From NCBI GenBank assembly GCA_963664225.1, contig OY760937.1:384001-448000 (forward strand): a stretch of DNA of 64,000 nt. The letters are read 5' to 3'. The notes beneath the pieces were generated by a model, which saw only the letters and a program-made list of their open reading frames with translations, had not been told where the DNA came from and searched no databases. The translations under genes and the position numbers were made by a program. This DNA is from Verrucomicrobiia bacterium. GTDB lineage: Bacteria; Verrucomicrobiota; Verrucomicrobiia; Limisphaerales; UBA1319. Positions 47,801 through 58,779 of this stretch are shown here, in pieces (the first letter of the stretch is position 1; each line of letters opens with the position of its first letter).

Positions 47801-49714
47801 ATGTCGTACCAAGTCATAGCGCGAAAATACCGGCCGCAGCGATTCGCCGATGTCGTTGGACAAGATCATGTCACACAGACACTTGGCAACGCCATCCGGC
47901 AAAACCGCATCGCGCATGCGTACTTGTTCGTGGGACCTCGAGGCACGGGCAAGACGACCATCGCCCGTATTTTCGCAAAATGCCTGAATTGCACCGATGG
48001 CCCCAAAGTCGATTTCTCCGAGGACGATCCCCGTTGCAAGGAGATCAGCGAAGGCCGGTCCTTGGACGTATTGGAAATTGACGGCGCCAGCAACCGCGGA
48101 ATCGAGGAAATCCGGGCCTTGCGCGAGACGGTGAAATTTGCGCCTGCGACAGGGAAATTCAAGATCTACATCATCGACGAAGTTCACATGCTGACGAAGG
48201 AGGCGTTTAACGCCCTTCTCAAGACTCTGGAAGAACCCCCCGAGCATGTGAAGTTCATGTTTGCCACGACCGAGCCGGAGAAGATTCTGCCCACCATTTT
48301 GTCCCGTTGTCAGCGTTATGATTTGCGACGGATTCCCGTGGCCTTGATTGTGAAGCATCTTGGCCAGATTGCGCAATTGGAGAGTGTCAAGGTGGAGGAA
48401 TCGGCGTTGTTTGTCATTGCGCGGGCGGCGGAGGGCTGCATGCGGGACGCCGAATCCACGCTGGATCAGCTTATCAGTTTCTGCGGCAATGAGATAGCGG
48501 AGACCGATGTGGTCTCCATGTTCGGCCTGGCGTCGCGAAGTCAGATTCAGGCGATGGCTGAGGCCGTGTTTGCCGGGAATCTGGAGGCTGTCCTGCGCGG
48601 TGTCGATGAGCTTTCCAAGAATGGAAAGGATCTGGGACTGTTGCTTTCAGACCTGCTCAATCACGCGCGCAATCTGTTGCTTTATCAGTTGACCAGGGGG
48701 GATTTGACCTTGTTGGAAGTGACAGAGACCGAGGCTGTAAAGCTTTCTGAACACGCCGGTTTGGTCGATTCAGAGGCTTTGACGCGAATCATGGAGGTTT
48801 TGGTCGATGGCGAGTCGCGCCTTCGGGACGCCGTTTCCAAGAAAACGCTGGTGGAAATCACCATGGTCAAGTCGGTGCAGGCGCGGCAAGCCGTGAGCAT
48901 CGATTCTGTGCTGAAGCAGTTGCGGGAATTGCGCTCCGGTAATCCTGTAACGATGCCTGCGGCGGTCCCGGCCCCACAAGTTGCAGCCCGGGCTATCACC
49001 AGCGTGGCCGCAACGGTGCCCGTCGAACCTCCGCAAGCGAAGCCGGCGGTCGCGGCGGCTCCAGCGGCTCCAGCAGCGCCAACCCCATCCACACCGGCAG
49101 TCGTCCCAGCCGTGGCAACGCCTCCGACTCCAGCTCCTTCGGCTCCAGTCTCCACGCCAGCGTCCTCCGTTGCTACTGCGGCCTCTGCGGTCCCTGTGCC
49201 TACGGTGTCCTCCGTGGATTTGGCTCCGCTATGGACCGGCGTTTTGGAGTGTGTGAGCCGGATCAGCCTCTTCACACACAGCTATCTGGTCAACGCCCAT
49301 CCGGTTTCTTTCGAGCGGCAGGTTTTGACGATTGGTTTTCCGCCGGAGTTCGCGGATCAGGTCGATCTGGTGGATAATGCCAAGAACCGAAAGATCATTC
49401 AGGGCGTGCTACAAGACTTGGGCCAGGGCGAGGTGAGTCTGAAGATCGTCAAGACGAAGGAGTCAGTCGCTAAACCGGCTCCATCGCAGCCACAAGCTAC
49501 GGTTCAGCAGGCTCCGCCGTTGCGCCAAAGGAAGCCAGAACCGGCGTCAACCCCGGGTTCTCAGGCTCAATCCACCGCCAAACCACAGGTCGCCAAGACA
49601 GAGACCGCCAAGCCCCCGGTCATCACCATGACCAGGGAAGATTTTAAGAACGATCCGCTGATCAAACAAGCTTTGGAAATTTTCAAAGGCCAGCTCGTCG
49701 AAGTCAAAGGCTGA
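47801..49714 (+). CDS. dnaX: DNA polymerase III subunit gamma/tau
   Basis: YQVIARKYRPQ.F, GPRGTGKTT, EIDGASN, IIDEVHML, SRCQ; Pro/Ala-rich linker. Confidence 0.97.
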   Translation: MSYQVIARKYRPQRFADVVGQDHVTQTLGNAIRQNRIAHAYLFVGPRGTGKTTIARIFAKCLNCTDGPKVDFSEDDPRCKEISEGRSLDVLEIDGASNRGIEEIRALRETVKFAPATGKFKIYIIDEVHMLTKEAFNALLKTLEEPPEHVKFMFATTEPEKILPTILSRCQRYDLRRIPVALIVKHLGQIAQLESVKVEESALFVIARAAEGCMRDAESTLDQLISFCGNEIAETDVVSMFGLASRSQIQAMAEAVFAGNLEAVLRGVDELSKNGKDLGLLLSDLLNHARNLLLYQLTRGDLTLLEVTETEAVKLSEHAGLVDSEALTRIMEVLVDGESRLRDAVSKKTLVEITMVKSVQARQAVSIDSVLKQLRELRSGNPVTMPAAVPAPQVAARAITSVAATVPVEPPQAKPAVAAAPAAPAAPTPSTPAVVPAVATPPTPAPSAPVSTPASSVATAASAVPVPTVSSVDLAPLWTGVLECVSRISLFTHSYLVNAHPVSFERQVLTIGFPPEFADQVDLVDNAKNRKIIQGVLQDLGQGEVSLKIVKTKESVAKPAPSQPQATVQQAPPLRQRKPEPASTPGSQAQSTAKPQVAKTETAKPPVITMTREDFKNDPLIKQALEIFKGQLVEVKG

Positions 49715-49753
49715 GAAGCGGAAGACACACAACTCAAACAACACCCATTCGTT

Positions 49754-50065
49754 ATGTCCAGCATCGGCAAACTCATGAAACAGGCGACGCGCATCCAGCA
49801 GCAAATGGAGGCGGTCCAGGCGCAACTCGCCGCAAAAACGGTCGAAGCCACCAGCGGAGGCGGCGCGGTCAAAGTGGTCGCGCGTTGCGATGGCACTCTG
49901 GCGTCGATCAAGATCGATCCCCAGGCGGCCAATCCGGCGGACGTTCAATTGCTCGAAGACATGCTGCTTGCCGCCGTGAACAACGCCCTGGGTCAGGCCA
50001 AGGAAATCTCCAACACGGAGATGGGGAAGGTCACCTCGGGCTTGAGCCTGCCCGGCTTGATGTAA
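49754..50065 (+). CDS. ybaB: YbaB/EbfC nucleoid-associated protein
   Basis: MKQA..QQQM...Q, SGGGAVKV, LEDMLLAAVN.A; lies between dnaX and recR. Confidence 0.95.
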   Translation: MSSIGKLMKQATRIQQQMEAVQAQLAAKTVEATSGGGAVKVVARCDGTLASIKIDPQAANPADVQLLEDMLLAAVNNALGQAKEISNTEMGKVTSGLSLPGLM

Positions 50066-50090
50066 GGGACGTTTCCCGGTTATCGTGTCG

Positions 50091-50693
50091 ATGGGACTTC
50101 CAGAGAGCCTGGTGGCGCTGATTGGGCATTTGAAGCAATTGCCCGGCGTTGGTCCGCGCTCTGCCGAACGGCTGGCGCTGCATCTGGCCCAGACCGATGC
50201 GCACGCCGTGGAAGCCCTGGCTGAAACCATGGTCAGGGTTCGCACCGGGATTCAGTGGTGCGAGGACTGCGGGGCCATGACCGAAGCCCAGCCTTGCGCC
50301 ATTTGTCAGGATCCCCGGCGCGACGCCGAAACTCTGTGCCTGGTGGAACGCGCCGTCGATATCTTCAGCATTGAGAAGGCGGGCACTTTTCGCGGCCGTT
50401 ACCATGTGCTTGGCGGGCGGATTTCCCCGGTCAACGGCGTGGGGCCGGAGGATTTGAAGCTGGCGGAATTGGAACGTCGCCTGACTGAAAACCCCTCGAT
50501 CAAGGAGATCATCATTGCCCTGGGCGCGGATGTGGAGGGAGACGCCACGAGCCTGTATGTGGCGAAACGCTTCGGACGTCAGGGCCTGAAATTGTCGAGG
50601 CTCGCGCTCGGATTGCCCGTGGGCGGCAGCTTGGAATTTGCCGACGAATTGACCTTGGGCCGCGCCATTGAAGGTCGCCGGACCATGTCGTAG
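50091..50693 (+). CDS. recR: Recombination mediator RecR
   Basis: LPGVGPRSAERLA, C4 zinc finger CEDC..CAIC, YHVLGG.ISP, EGDAT, GLPVGG.LEFAD. Confidence 0.96.
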   Translation: MGLPESLVALIGHLKQLPGVGPRSAERLALHLAQTDAHAVEALAETMVRVRTGIQWCEDCGAMTEAQPCAICQDPRRDAETLCLVERAVDIFSIEKAGTFRGRYHVLGGRISPVNGVGPEDLKLAELERRLTENPSIKEIIIALGADVEGDATSLYVAKRFGRQGLKLSRLALGLPVGGSLEFADELTLGRAIEGRRTMS

Positions 50694-50719
50694 GAATCCT
50701 TCATTCGCTTTTACTCAAC

Positions 50720-51328
50720 ATGGAAACTTCCCCGGCCATCGTCTTTGATTTGGGCAAAGTATTATTGAATTTTGATTACGCGGTGGCGGTGCGCCGCCTG
50801 CTCGCCCAATCGAAATGCACCTTGACGGAGTTGCTCAACCTGATCAATCAATCCCCGCTGTTGCTGGAATATGAGCGCGGCACACTGACGACCTCGGCCT
50901 TCTACGAAAAGGTGCGCGAAGTGTCCGGTTACGAAGGTTCCTTCGAGGCCTTCCAGGAAATGTTCGGGGATATTTTCACCCCCATCCCGGAGATGGTTCA
51001 GTTGCATGAGGACCTGGTGGCACGGGGCTATCCTGTTTTCATTTTCTCGAATACCAACGACATGGCGGTCCGGTATATTCGGAGGCATTTTCCGTTTTTC
51101 AGCCGGTTCGATGGCTATGTTTTTTCCTACGAACATGCGTCGATGAAACCCGAGGCGGATCTATACGAAGTGGTCGAAAAACTGACCGGCCGCCGGGGTG
51201 ATAAAATAATCTACCTGGATGATCGCGCGGAGAATATTGAGGCGGGTAGGGCGCGGGGTTGGCGCGCGCTTGTGCATGAATCACCCGCCGCAACGCGGTC
51301 ATGGGTGGAGTCCGCGCTGGCAACGTGA
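50720..51328 (+). CDS. HAD-family phosphatase
   Basis: IVFDLGKVL, FSNTN, MKP, YLDDRAENI. Confidence 0.9.
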   Translation: METSPAIVFDLGKVLLNFDYAVAVRRLLAQSKCTLTELLNLINQSPLLLEYERGTLTTSAFYEKVREVSGYEGSFEAFQEMFGDIFTPIPEMVQLHEDLVARGYPVFIFSNTNDMAVRYIRRHFPFFSRFDGYVFSYEHASMKPEADLYEVVEKLTGRRGDKIIYLDDRAENIEAGRARGWRALVHESPAATRSWVESALAT

Positions 51329-51482
51329 CCTCATCGGGCTTTGGAGAGACAATCCGGGGTTGAGGCCAGGCCCCAAATAAAAACTCCGGCGCGCGATCAG
51401 CGCAAACCGGAGCGAATTTTCAACTCCACCGCCCAGGCCGGATTTCTTCGCGGCCCTGAGCAGCGGATGAAAGAGGGGCTTC

Positions 51483-53072
51483 TTATAATTTTACAACGCG
51501 GACGTTCGTGATGTCAGCGTCCTTCTGTATCTCAGCCATCAATTCGGCGGGGGGCACGCTATCGAGATTGAGCACGGTGAGCGCCTGACCTCCGGCTTCA
51601 TTGCGGCTCAAGCTCATGCTGGCGATGTTGATGCCGTGTTTTCCCATGAGGGTGCCGACCTGGCCGACGATGCCGGGGCGATCCTTGTTGTTCATCAGGA
51701 AGAGAACACCATTGGGAACAATCTCCACCGGGCTGCTATTGATGCGCACAATGCGCGGATGATGGCGCGCGCTGAAGAAGGTGCCACCCGCGGAGACTTT
51801 GCTTTTCTCGTGGAAGGCGGTTACGTGCAGCCATTCGCTGAAGTCGGTTTCCTCGTTGGATTTAACCTCTTCGACGAGCAGCCCCAGCGTGTGGGCCTGC
51901 ATCAGGACATTGACGTGGTTGACGTCGGGACCGCAAACCGGCTCCAGGAATCCCTTGAGAATGGAACGTGTGATGGGATCCGTGGGCAGTTCATTGGCCT
52001 TGCCGCCGTAAGTGATGACGAGGCGTTCGTTGCGGGCGGGGGCCAGTTGTGCCAGGAGCTTGCCCAGTTTTTCACCGAGGCTGATGTAGGGTTTGACCAG
52101 CTCGAAGGTCTTTGCATCGAGGTTGGGCATGTTCACCGCGTTGCGGATTTCACCGGTGAGCAGGAAGCTGGTGATGGCCTCGGCCACTTCGATGCCGACG
52201 TTATCCTGCGCTTCGGAGGTGCTCGCGCCCAAATGCGGGGTCATGATGACCTGGGGCAGGTCACGCAACGGATACGCCGCCGGTGGCGGTTCCTGCATAT
52301 AGACGTCCATGGCCGCGCCGGCGACCTGGCCGCTTTGGATGGCGGCGGCGAGATCGGTTTCATCGATGATTCCGCCGCGCGCGCAATTGATCAGACGCAC
52401 GCCCTTTTTCATTTTCGCCATGGTGGCGGCGTTGATCATTCCCTTGGCCTGATCGGTCATGGGAATGTGGACGGTGATGAAATCACTGCGACCGTAAAGG
52501 GTATCGAGATCGACGACTTCGATCTGCATCGCCTTGGCGCGGGAGACGGCCAGATAAGGATCATAGCCGATGACTTTCATGCCGAAAGCCTGGGCGCGAC
52601 GGGCGACTTCGGAACCGATGCGGCCCAAACCGATGATGCCGATGGTTTTGTTATAAAGCTCTACGCCTGAAAAGGATTTGCGGTTCCATTCCCCGGCTTT
52701 CATGGACGCATTGGCCTGCGGAATCTTGCGGGCCAGCGACATGAGCATGGAGAAGGTGAGTTCGGCAGTGGAGATGGTGTTGCCGCCGGGGGTGTTCATG
52801 ACGACCACGCCGTGCTGTGTGGCGGCCTCAACGTCCACATTGTCAACGCCCACGCCTGCGCGACCGACGACTTTCAATTTTGGGGCGGCCTCGATGACCT
52901 TGCGGGTAATCTTGGTTTCTGAACGCACGACGAGTGCAGACATCTCGCCAACCAGGGGAAGAAGCTCTTCCTCGGTGTGTTTGCGGTTGAGGACACTGAC
53001 TTTGAACTCAGACCGTTGTTGCAGTAAAGCAATGCCTTTTGGTGATACGGGATCGCAAACTAATATGTTCAT
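51483..53072 (-). CDS. serA: D-3-phosphoglycerate dehydrogenase
   Basis: GRAGVGVDNVD, GLGRIG, NCARGG, TPHLGAST; C-terminal ACT domain DRPGIVG. Confidence 0.96.
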   Translation of the reverse strand: MNILVCDPVSPKGIALLQQRSEFKVSVLNRKHTEEELLPLVGEMSALVVRSETKITRKVIEAAPKLKVVGRAGVGVDNVDVEAATQHGVVVMNTPGGNTISTAELTFSMLMSLARKIPQANASMKAGEWNRKSFSGVELYNKTIGIIGLGRIGSEVARRAQAFGMKVIGYDPYLAVSRAKAMQIEVVDLDTLYGRSDFITVHIPMTDQAKGMINAATMAKMKKGVRLINCARGGIIDETDLAAAIQSGQVAGAAMDVYMQEPPPAAYPLRDLPQVIMTPHLGASTSEAQDNVGIEVAEAITSFLLTGEIRNAVNMPNLDAKTFELVKPYISLGEKLGKLLAQLAPARNERLVITYGGKANELPTDPITRSILKGFLEPVCGPDVNHVNVLMQAHTLGLLVEEVKSNEETDFSEWLHVTAFHEKSKVSAGGTFFSARHHPRIVRINSSPVEIVPNGVLFLMNNKDRPGIVGQVGTLMGKHGINIASMSLSRNEAGGQALTVLNLDSVPPAELMAEIQKDADITNVRVVKL

Positions 53073-53159
53073 AAGCTGGGCCGAGCTTATGCAACGCGGC
53101 CCAGTTGGTCAAATCATTCGACAACGATTCCGCAAAAAAATCGTTATCGAAGGGGGGAG

Positions 53160-54677
53160 TTACCGTTTCGCCGAATCCTGCAAGGCGAGCTTGTCCAAAA
53201 TCGGATTCAACGCAGCCACCCATTTGGCGTATCCAATGGCGTTGGGATGCAGCAAATCAGGGAATTCCTCTTTCTTGGCCGCACCCTCGTCATTGGCGAA
53301 GATTCTCCAGGTATCGCACAGGGTGATGCGGGGATCGCCATGAGCCAATTCATAGAGGCGTTGGTTGACCTCGAGGATTTTGATGGGGAAACGGCCGGGT
53401 TCGATCGCCCTGGGCATCACACGGCACAAAACGATGGGCAGGTGCGGATCGGAGGCTTCAATCGCCTTGATAATGGCCTGCATATTGACTTCCACATCGG
53501 CGGGATTGCCACCCAGGCCCAGGTCGTTTGTGCCAATGAGGATTACAATGGCCGAGGGGTGAAGGTCCAGAACGTCCTCCTGGAGCCGGTAAAGCACGCC
53601 GCGGGTGGTGTCGCCACTGATGCCGCGATTGGCCACCTTCAAATTGGGAAAATCCTTGGCCAGACTGTTCCAACCGTGCGTGATGGAGTCTCCCAGGAAA
53701 ACAACAGCGCCTTTGTCATTGTCGCGATTGCGATACCACTCCAGACGGCGCTGCTTCCAGAGGTTTTTAAACCAATCGGCATTCTGCAAAGGCCCTTTGC
53801 CGGGGAACATATCATCGCCAGGCCATTGGGCGGCCTTGGGCAGGACAGGCACCGGCGTTTTCAGCGTGTAGGAGTCGGGTGTGCCCAGACGCTGGGCGAA
53901 CATCCAGGGCAGGAATTCAGGTTCGGCAAAGGCGGTGCCCCAGGCGTTGTGGCCCAGGCCGAAATACTCGAAATACTTAGGCTGGCCACCGGCGGCGCGC
54001 ATGGCTTTGACCATGTTTTGTGTGCGGCGAACCTTGACGACCGGATCGTCCTCCGAATGGAAGGCCCAAACCGGGGCCTTGGCCACGGCGGGAGTGACGG
54101 TTTTCTCATCGCCGCCGCCGCAAATCGGAGCGCCTGCGGCAAACCGATCTGGAAAACGGGTCATGCAGTCCCATGTGGCATAGCCGCCCATGGAAAGGCC
54201 GGTCACATACACGCGCGCGGGATCGACGCTGAATTCCTTTTCCGCCGCATCGAGGATTTGCAGCGCCAGTTGCATGGCGGCGCTGGGCTGTTCGGGACGT
54301 GTTCCCGAATCGGTGCCCCAGGCCATATCCACCCATTGCTGATTATCCGGGCATTGGGGGGCGATCACGAAGGTGGGGAACTGTTCCCGGACCTCGGGTT
54401 TTAAGAAGAGGGAAGTTCCATGAACGAGCTGTTTTTCGTTATCCGTTCCACGCTCGCCAGCGCCGTGGAAGAACAGGACGAGGGGATACTTTTTGTCCGG
54501 CTGATAATTGGCCGGGGACAGGATCCGGTAGGGCATCGTCTGGCCCTGGCTGTTGGTAAATACCCGTGCCTGGTAGCCGGTCTGGGCTCCGGCGCCAGGT
54601 GTCAGAATTGTCAGGACTGCGCAGAGGCAGGCCCAGACAAAGCCGCGAAAATGCGATGTTAAGAATTTGGTTTTCAT
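53160..54677 (-). CDS. Secreted alpha/beta-hydrolase + SGNH/GDSL esterase fusion
   Basis: FHGAGERG.DN, GLSMGG, EDD.V and GHNAW, then FLGDSIT, NRGISGD, IGTND, DLLHPN. Confidence 0.88.
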   Translation of the reverse strand: MKTKFLTSHFRGFVWACLCAVLTILTPGAGAQTGYQARVFTNSQGQTMPYRILSPANYQPDKKYPLVLFFHGAGERGTDNEKQLVHGTSLFLKPEVREQFPTFVIAPQCPDNQQWVDMAWGTDSGTRPEQPSAAMQLALQILDAAEKEFSVDPARVYVTGLSMGGYATWDCMTRFPDRFAAGAPICGGGDEKTVTPAVAKAPVWAFHSEDDPVVKVRRTQNMVKAMRAAGGQPKYFEYFGLGHNAWGTAFAEPEFLPWMFAQRLGTPDSYTLKTPVPVLPKAAQWPGDDMFPGKGPLQNADWFKNLWKQRRLEWYRNRDNDKGAVVFLGDSITHGWNSLAKDFPNLKVANRGISGDTTRGVLYRLQEDVLDLHPSAIVILIGTNDLGLGGNPADVEVNMQAIIKAIEASDPHLPIVLCRVMPRAIEPGRFPIKILEVNQRLYELAHGDPRITLCDTWRIFANDEGAAKKEEFPDLLHPNAIGYAKWVAALNPILDKLALQDSAKR

Positions 54678-54898
54678 ACTGAGTATGCCCGTGAGGATAT
54701 GCCTTGCGGATTTTGAAAAGCGAGAAGATTTGACCGCAAGCTCCGCACGCTGGTTTTGTTGTTACCACAAAGCCGATTTAAAAACAGCGCACCGCCATGG
54801 CTGTTTTTCACACTCCCGTTATTTGTCGTACTCATTTAGGTTGGGGATGGCCATAACACGGCTTGACCGCACCTCCTGTACAGATAACTTTCTTGCAT

Positions 54899-55168
54899 AT
54901 GAAAACACCAATCGCAGTGGCGTTGATCGTGATGGGCGGTTTTCTTGTCATGACCCCTGCAGTGTCCGATCTCTTTTACCAGCGGAACGTCGTCGCCTTG
55001 ATGTCGCAGCCCGGCATCAACAGGGTTACCTTGGACGGCAGGATGGGAGACGCCTATCGGTTTGCCTGCTGGCTGACCGGCAGTGCCATGATTGCGGCGG
55101 CGGTGAAATTCTCTTTCGTCGGAGGGAAGGCTTCCGTCCAGGAAGAAATGGTTGGAAGAGCAGCTTAA
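54899..55168 (+). CDS. Small membrane protein
   Basis: 89 aa from the ATG at 54899 with two hydrophobic segments. Confidence 0.55.
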   Translation: MKTPIAVALIVMGGFLVMTPAVSDLFYQRNVVALMSQPGINRVTLDGRMGDAYRFACWLTGSAMIAAAVKFSFVGGKASVQEEMVGRAA

Positions 55169-55244
55169 GAACCCGGGCTCGTGGCTTGTGCCGGGTGGTA
55201 GTGCGATTGCACCGCCGACAGACAGATTGAATCAAGGGGCGTAT

Positions 55245-55550
55245 ATGAACCTGAAACGATATTCATTGTTTGCATTGGCTTTCCTGGTGCTGGATTGGGG
55301 ATGGGGGATGGCCCAGGTTCGCGGCCTTGTGCCGTTGTGGTCAACGGCCGTGTTGAACTTCCCATTCGGCCTGCCATTCACATGGCTTGAATATCATTGG
55401 GCGGGCACACGCTACTCTGTCGCAGGCCACACGGTTGACGAGTTGTGGTCCATGGGTTTGTTCTTCTTTATGATTCTGGCGCAGGCCGCGCTCTATTGTT
55501 CCTTGTTCGGATACTGGCAGGCCAGACGCCGGAAAACTGCCAGAGCTTGA
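55245..55550 (+). CDS. Small membrane protein
   Basis: 101 aa from the ATG at 55245 with three hydrophobic segments. Confidence 0.55.
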   Translation: MNLKRYSLFALAFLVLDWGWGMAQVRGLVPLWSTAVLNFPFGLPFTWLEYHWAGTRYSVAGHTVDELWSMGLFFFMILAQAALYCSLFGYWQARRRKTARA

Positions 55551-55590
55551 ATTGCTCAGGCATTATCCATTTCAATGGCAGCTCAGGCCC

Positions 55591-56994
55591 TTATTTCGCG
55601 GCCACATCCAGGCAGATCATTTTATTGAGATCGCGCAGGATGAGGCGTCCTGCAGTCAGGGCCATGGGACCCCAGGAATCGGGGCCTTCGAGCACTTTGG
55701 CCTGGGCCAGTTGTTTGTAGCCCGTGGTGCTGGTTTCGGCCATGGTCAGCAGCCCGTTGTCGTTCATCATGTAAATCACTTCTTTGGTGAAGAGGAACGG
55801 CCCGTTTCCAAAGCGGTGCGCGGGTCCGCTCTCCCAGACGGGTTTGCCGGTCAAATCAATGCACGCGAACTGGCCATCGGGCCGGATGCCGAACAGGTGG
55901 TTGTCAAAGAGCACCGGTGTGTGCTGCGTGGCGCCGAACACGGCGGGCTTGAGACGATAGGCAATCTCCGGCTTGATTTTGGCGCCATCGGCTTTGAGCT
56001 GAAACATGGCCGCGCCGGCGTTGTAGCCGCCGCTCAGGAAGACGCGGCCTTCACCGACGGGCACGGGGGAGGGGACGGTCGCAATGCTGATTTTCCAATC
56101 TGGCGAGTCCCAGAGCAGAGCGCCATCCTTGGCGGACACGGCGGAAACACCGCCGCTGCCGCAATAGACGTACATCCGCTGGCCGTTGAATTCCATCGGC
56201 ATCAGTGAGGAATGCGTCATCAGCCAGTTATTCGGATTGGGCGATTTCCAAACGGTTTTTCCAGTGGCGCAATCCACCGCCACAACCAGCGCGTCTCCGC
56301 CGGGGGCCAGGATCAGTTTGTCGCCATCGATCAGCGGACACTGGCCCGCATACCAGGGGGGAACCTCGGCGTTGAACTCCTTGACCATGTCGAGCATCCA
56401 ATGGAGTTCACCCGTGATGGGATCCAGGCAGGTGACATGGCATTTGGGGCCGATGCTGATGACATATTTGTCTGTGACCACGGGAATGGTTCGCGTCATG
56501 CCGTGGTTGCGTTTCACCTTCACGGGGTAGGTGAAGCGCCAGATCTCGCGACCGTCATCCAGGGAGAGACAACGGAGGGCGTCCGCCGATTTTTCGCGAT
56601 CGTAATCCATCACATAGACGCGCCCATTCCAGATGGCGGCTCCGGCAAAACCCTCGCCCACATCCGCCGACCACAGGACCTTGGGACCGGCGGCGGGCCA
56701 GGTTTTGGCCAGAGGGGTGGGGTCCGTGACGATATTATCGAGGTTAGTGCCGCGAAAGCGGGGCCAGGCTCCGGCAATGGTGGAGGGAACGCCGTTGGAC
56801 TTGATAAGGTGGCCTTCAAGCTTCGCTTCAGGAGCGCCGGGGGCGCCGGTGGAATCCGCGCGATCGGCTCCCGGTATGCGCTCTGTCAACACCCGCGGCT
56901 GACCACCGCCGGTCAGCCACCAGGCCAGGAGCAGGGCGGCTCCAACCAACGCGACCCCGGCGGGCAACCACTTGATAAACCGTGAGTTATTCAT
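55591..56994 (-). CDS. PQQ-binding-like beta-propeller protein (BamB-like)
   Basis: N-terminal TM, WPRFRG, repeated CL...G..W blades. Confidence 0.88.
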   Translation of the reverse strand: MNNSRFIKWLPAGVALVGAALLLAWWLTGGGQPRVLTERIPGADRADSTGAPGAPEAKLEGHLIKSNGVPSTIAGAWPRFRGTNLDNIVTDPTPLAKTWPAAGPKVLWSADVGEGFAGAAIWNGRVYVMDYDREKSADALRCLSLDDGREIWRFTYPVKVKRNHGMTRTIPVVTDKYVISIGPKCHVTCLDPITGELHWMLDMVKEFNAEVPPWYAGQCPLIDGDKLILAPGGDALVVAVDCATGKTVWKSPNPNNWLMTHSSLMPMEFNGQRMYVYCGSGGVSAVSAKDGALLWDSPDWKISIATVPSPVPVGEGRVFLSGGYNAGAAMFQLKADGAKIKPEIAYRLKPAVFGATQHTPVLFDNHLFGIRPDGQFACIDLTGKPVWESGPAHRFGNGPFLFTKEVIYMMNDNGLLTMAETSTTGYKQLAQAKVLEGPDSWGPMALTAGRLILRDLNKMICLDVAAK

Positions 56995-57353
56995 ATTTAA
57001 CACGCATACGGGCCAATCCATCGAATCCGATCCGTTAACAGGAGGCGCGTGCAGGTTTTCGCTGCGGCCTTCGATCAAAATTCAGCATGGTTTCAATCGG
57101 ATTAACGCATGGAACAATGCCATCATAGTGGAAAGCCTGGCCGCGAGTGTCAAAGCATAATGAAACAGCCCGCGTGTGCCATTAAGTCCCGGTGAACGGC
57201 ATCAAGAATTCAGAATTCCGGGGCTGGGCGGACCAGCCACGAAGAGGGCAGGGCGGGAGATGAATATTTCGAGCTTTTTTTGAGACTCAGTCTTGATTAT
57301 TTTGAAGGCTTTCCACACACTATTCTCGAAAGGGTATATAATTTAATAAAAGT

Positions 57354-58346
57354 ATGAGCTTGAGTCCCATTCGTGTCGCGGTGACCGGTGCTGCCGGTCA
57401 AATTGGTTATGCATTGTTGTTCCGGATCGCCTCCGGCGCCATGTTCGGCCCAAACCAGCCGGTTATTCTCCACCTGATCGAAATCGAGCCCGCCTTGCCG
57501 ACTCTCAAGGGAGTGGTGATGGAACTGGACGATTGCGCTTTTCCGCTTCTCCAGGGCATTGTGCCCACAGCCAGCCTGGATGAAGGTTTCAAGAATGTGA
57601 ATTGGGCGCTCCTGGTGGGCAGCGTGCCCCGCAAACAGGGAATGGAACGCAAGGACCTGTTGGGCATCAACGGCAAGATCTTCATCGGCCAGGGCAACGC
57701 CATTGCGAAGAACGCCGCCAGCGATGTGCGCGTGCTCGTGGTGGGAAATCCCTGCAACACCAACTGCATGATCGCCATGAACAACGCGCCGTCGATTCCG
57801 TCCGACCGCTGGTTCGCCATGACGCGTCTGGACGAAAACCGCGCCAAGGCGCAACTGGCCCAAAAGGCCGGTGTGGCCACGACCGCCGTCAGCAAGGTGG
57901 CCATCTGGGGCAACCACTCCGCCACCCAGTATCCTGACTTTTACAGCGCCCAAATCAATGGCAAGTCCGCCGCCACGGTCATCACAGACGAGGCGTGGCT
58001 CAAGGGCGAATTCCTGGCGACCGTGCAGCAACGCGGCGCAGCCATCATCAAGGCGCGCGGATCCTCCAGCGCGGCCAGCGCGGCCAATGCGGCAGTCGAT
58101 ACCGTGGCGTCCATCGTAAACCCCACGCCCGCAAATGATTGGCACAGCGTCTGCGTCTGTTCGGACGGCAGCTATGGCGTCGAGAAGGGCTTGATCAGCT
58201 CCTTCCCCATCCGCAGCAACGGATCGAAGTGGGAAATCGTTCAGGGCGTTGAGGTTAATGAATTCAGCCGCGCGAAGATCGATGCGTCGGTCAATGAACT
58301 GAAAGAGGAGAAGGCCATGGTGGCCGATCTTCTGCCCAAGAAGTAA
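57354..58346 (+). CDS. mdh: Malate dehydrogenase
   Basis: [54 protein letters not shown]. Confidence 0.97.
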   Translation: MSLSPIRVAVTGAAGQIGYALLFRIASGAMFGPNQPVILHLIEIEPALPTLKGVVMELDDCAFPLLQGIVPTASLDEGFKNVNWALLVGSVPRKQGMERKDLLGINGKIFIGQGNAIAKNAASDVRVLVVGNPCNTNCMIAMNNAPSIPSDRWFAMTRLDENRAKAQLAQKAGVATTAVSKVAIWGNHSATQYPDFYSAQINGKSAATVITDEAWLKGEFLATVQQRGAAIIKARGSSSAASAANAAVDTVASIVNPTPANDWHSVCVCSDGSYGVEKGLISSFPIRSNGSKWEIVQGVEVNEFSRAKIDASVNELKEEKAMVADLLPKK

Positions 58347-58375
58347 TTCGTTTTCGAAGCATTCATTGCTTTTAG

Positions 58376-58406
58376 AAAAGGCCGGGGAAAGTTCCCCGGC
58401 CTTTTT
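58376..58406 (+). terminator. Intrinsic terminator after mdh (potentially bidirectional)
   Basis: AAAAGGCCGGGGAA-AG-TTCCCCGGCCTTTTT. Confidence 0.85.
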
Positions 58407-58779
58407 CGTTCAACCGGTTGACCACGGGTTGACTGCTGGTCAACGAAGGCAGAGAGCGGAGGGCGGAGGGCGGAGGGCAAACCAGAGGTCAACGAAAAAG
58501 CATCGGTAGTCCATGGTCCATGGTCAAAAAACGCCAGGAGCCAAGAGCAAAGGTCAGCGGGCCGAGGAAATGGATAATGGACAACGTTAATGCATGTGAG
58601 TTGACAGAGCGAGACAACGTGGTCATTAAAACACATTGCCGTCCGGGCAGGGTAGGGGCGTTCCATGAGCGCCAATGCCACGCTGCCCTGTAGGAAGAAA
58701 GCGACCGCTGCGGTGGGCTAAATCGTCAAGATATATGTTGACATATATCTGGAATTCTATCTATCAAAGTGATCGTCGG

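Noticed and set aside
47801..49714. Possible programmed frameshift in dnaX (gamma/tau)
   Set aside because: I saw no A-AAA-AAG or long poly-A slippery site after domain III.
58455..58525. Short heptamer tandem repeats (CGGAGGG x3, GTCCATG x2)
   Set aside because: Too short, and common in intergenic DNA of such genomes; no associated gene.
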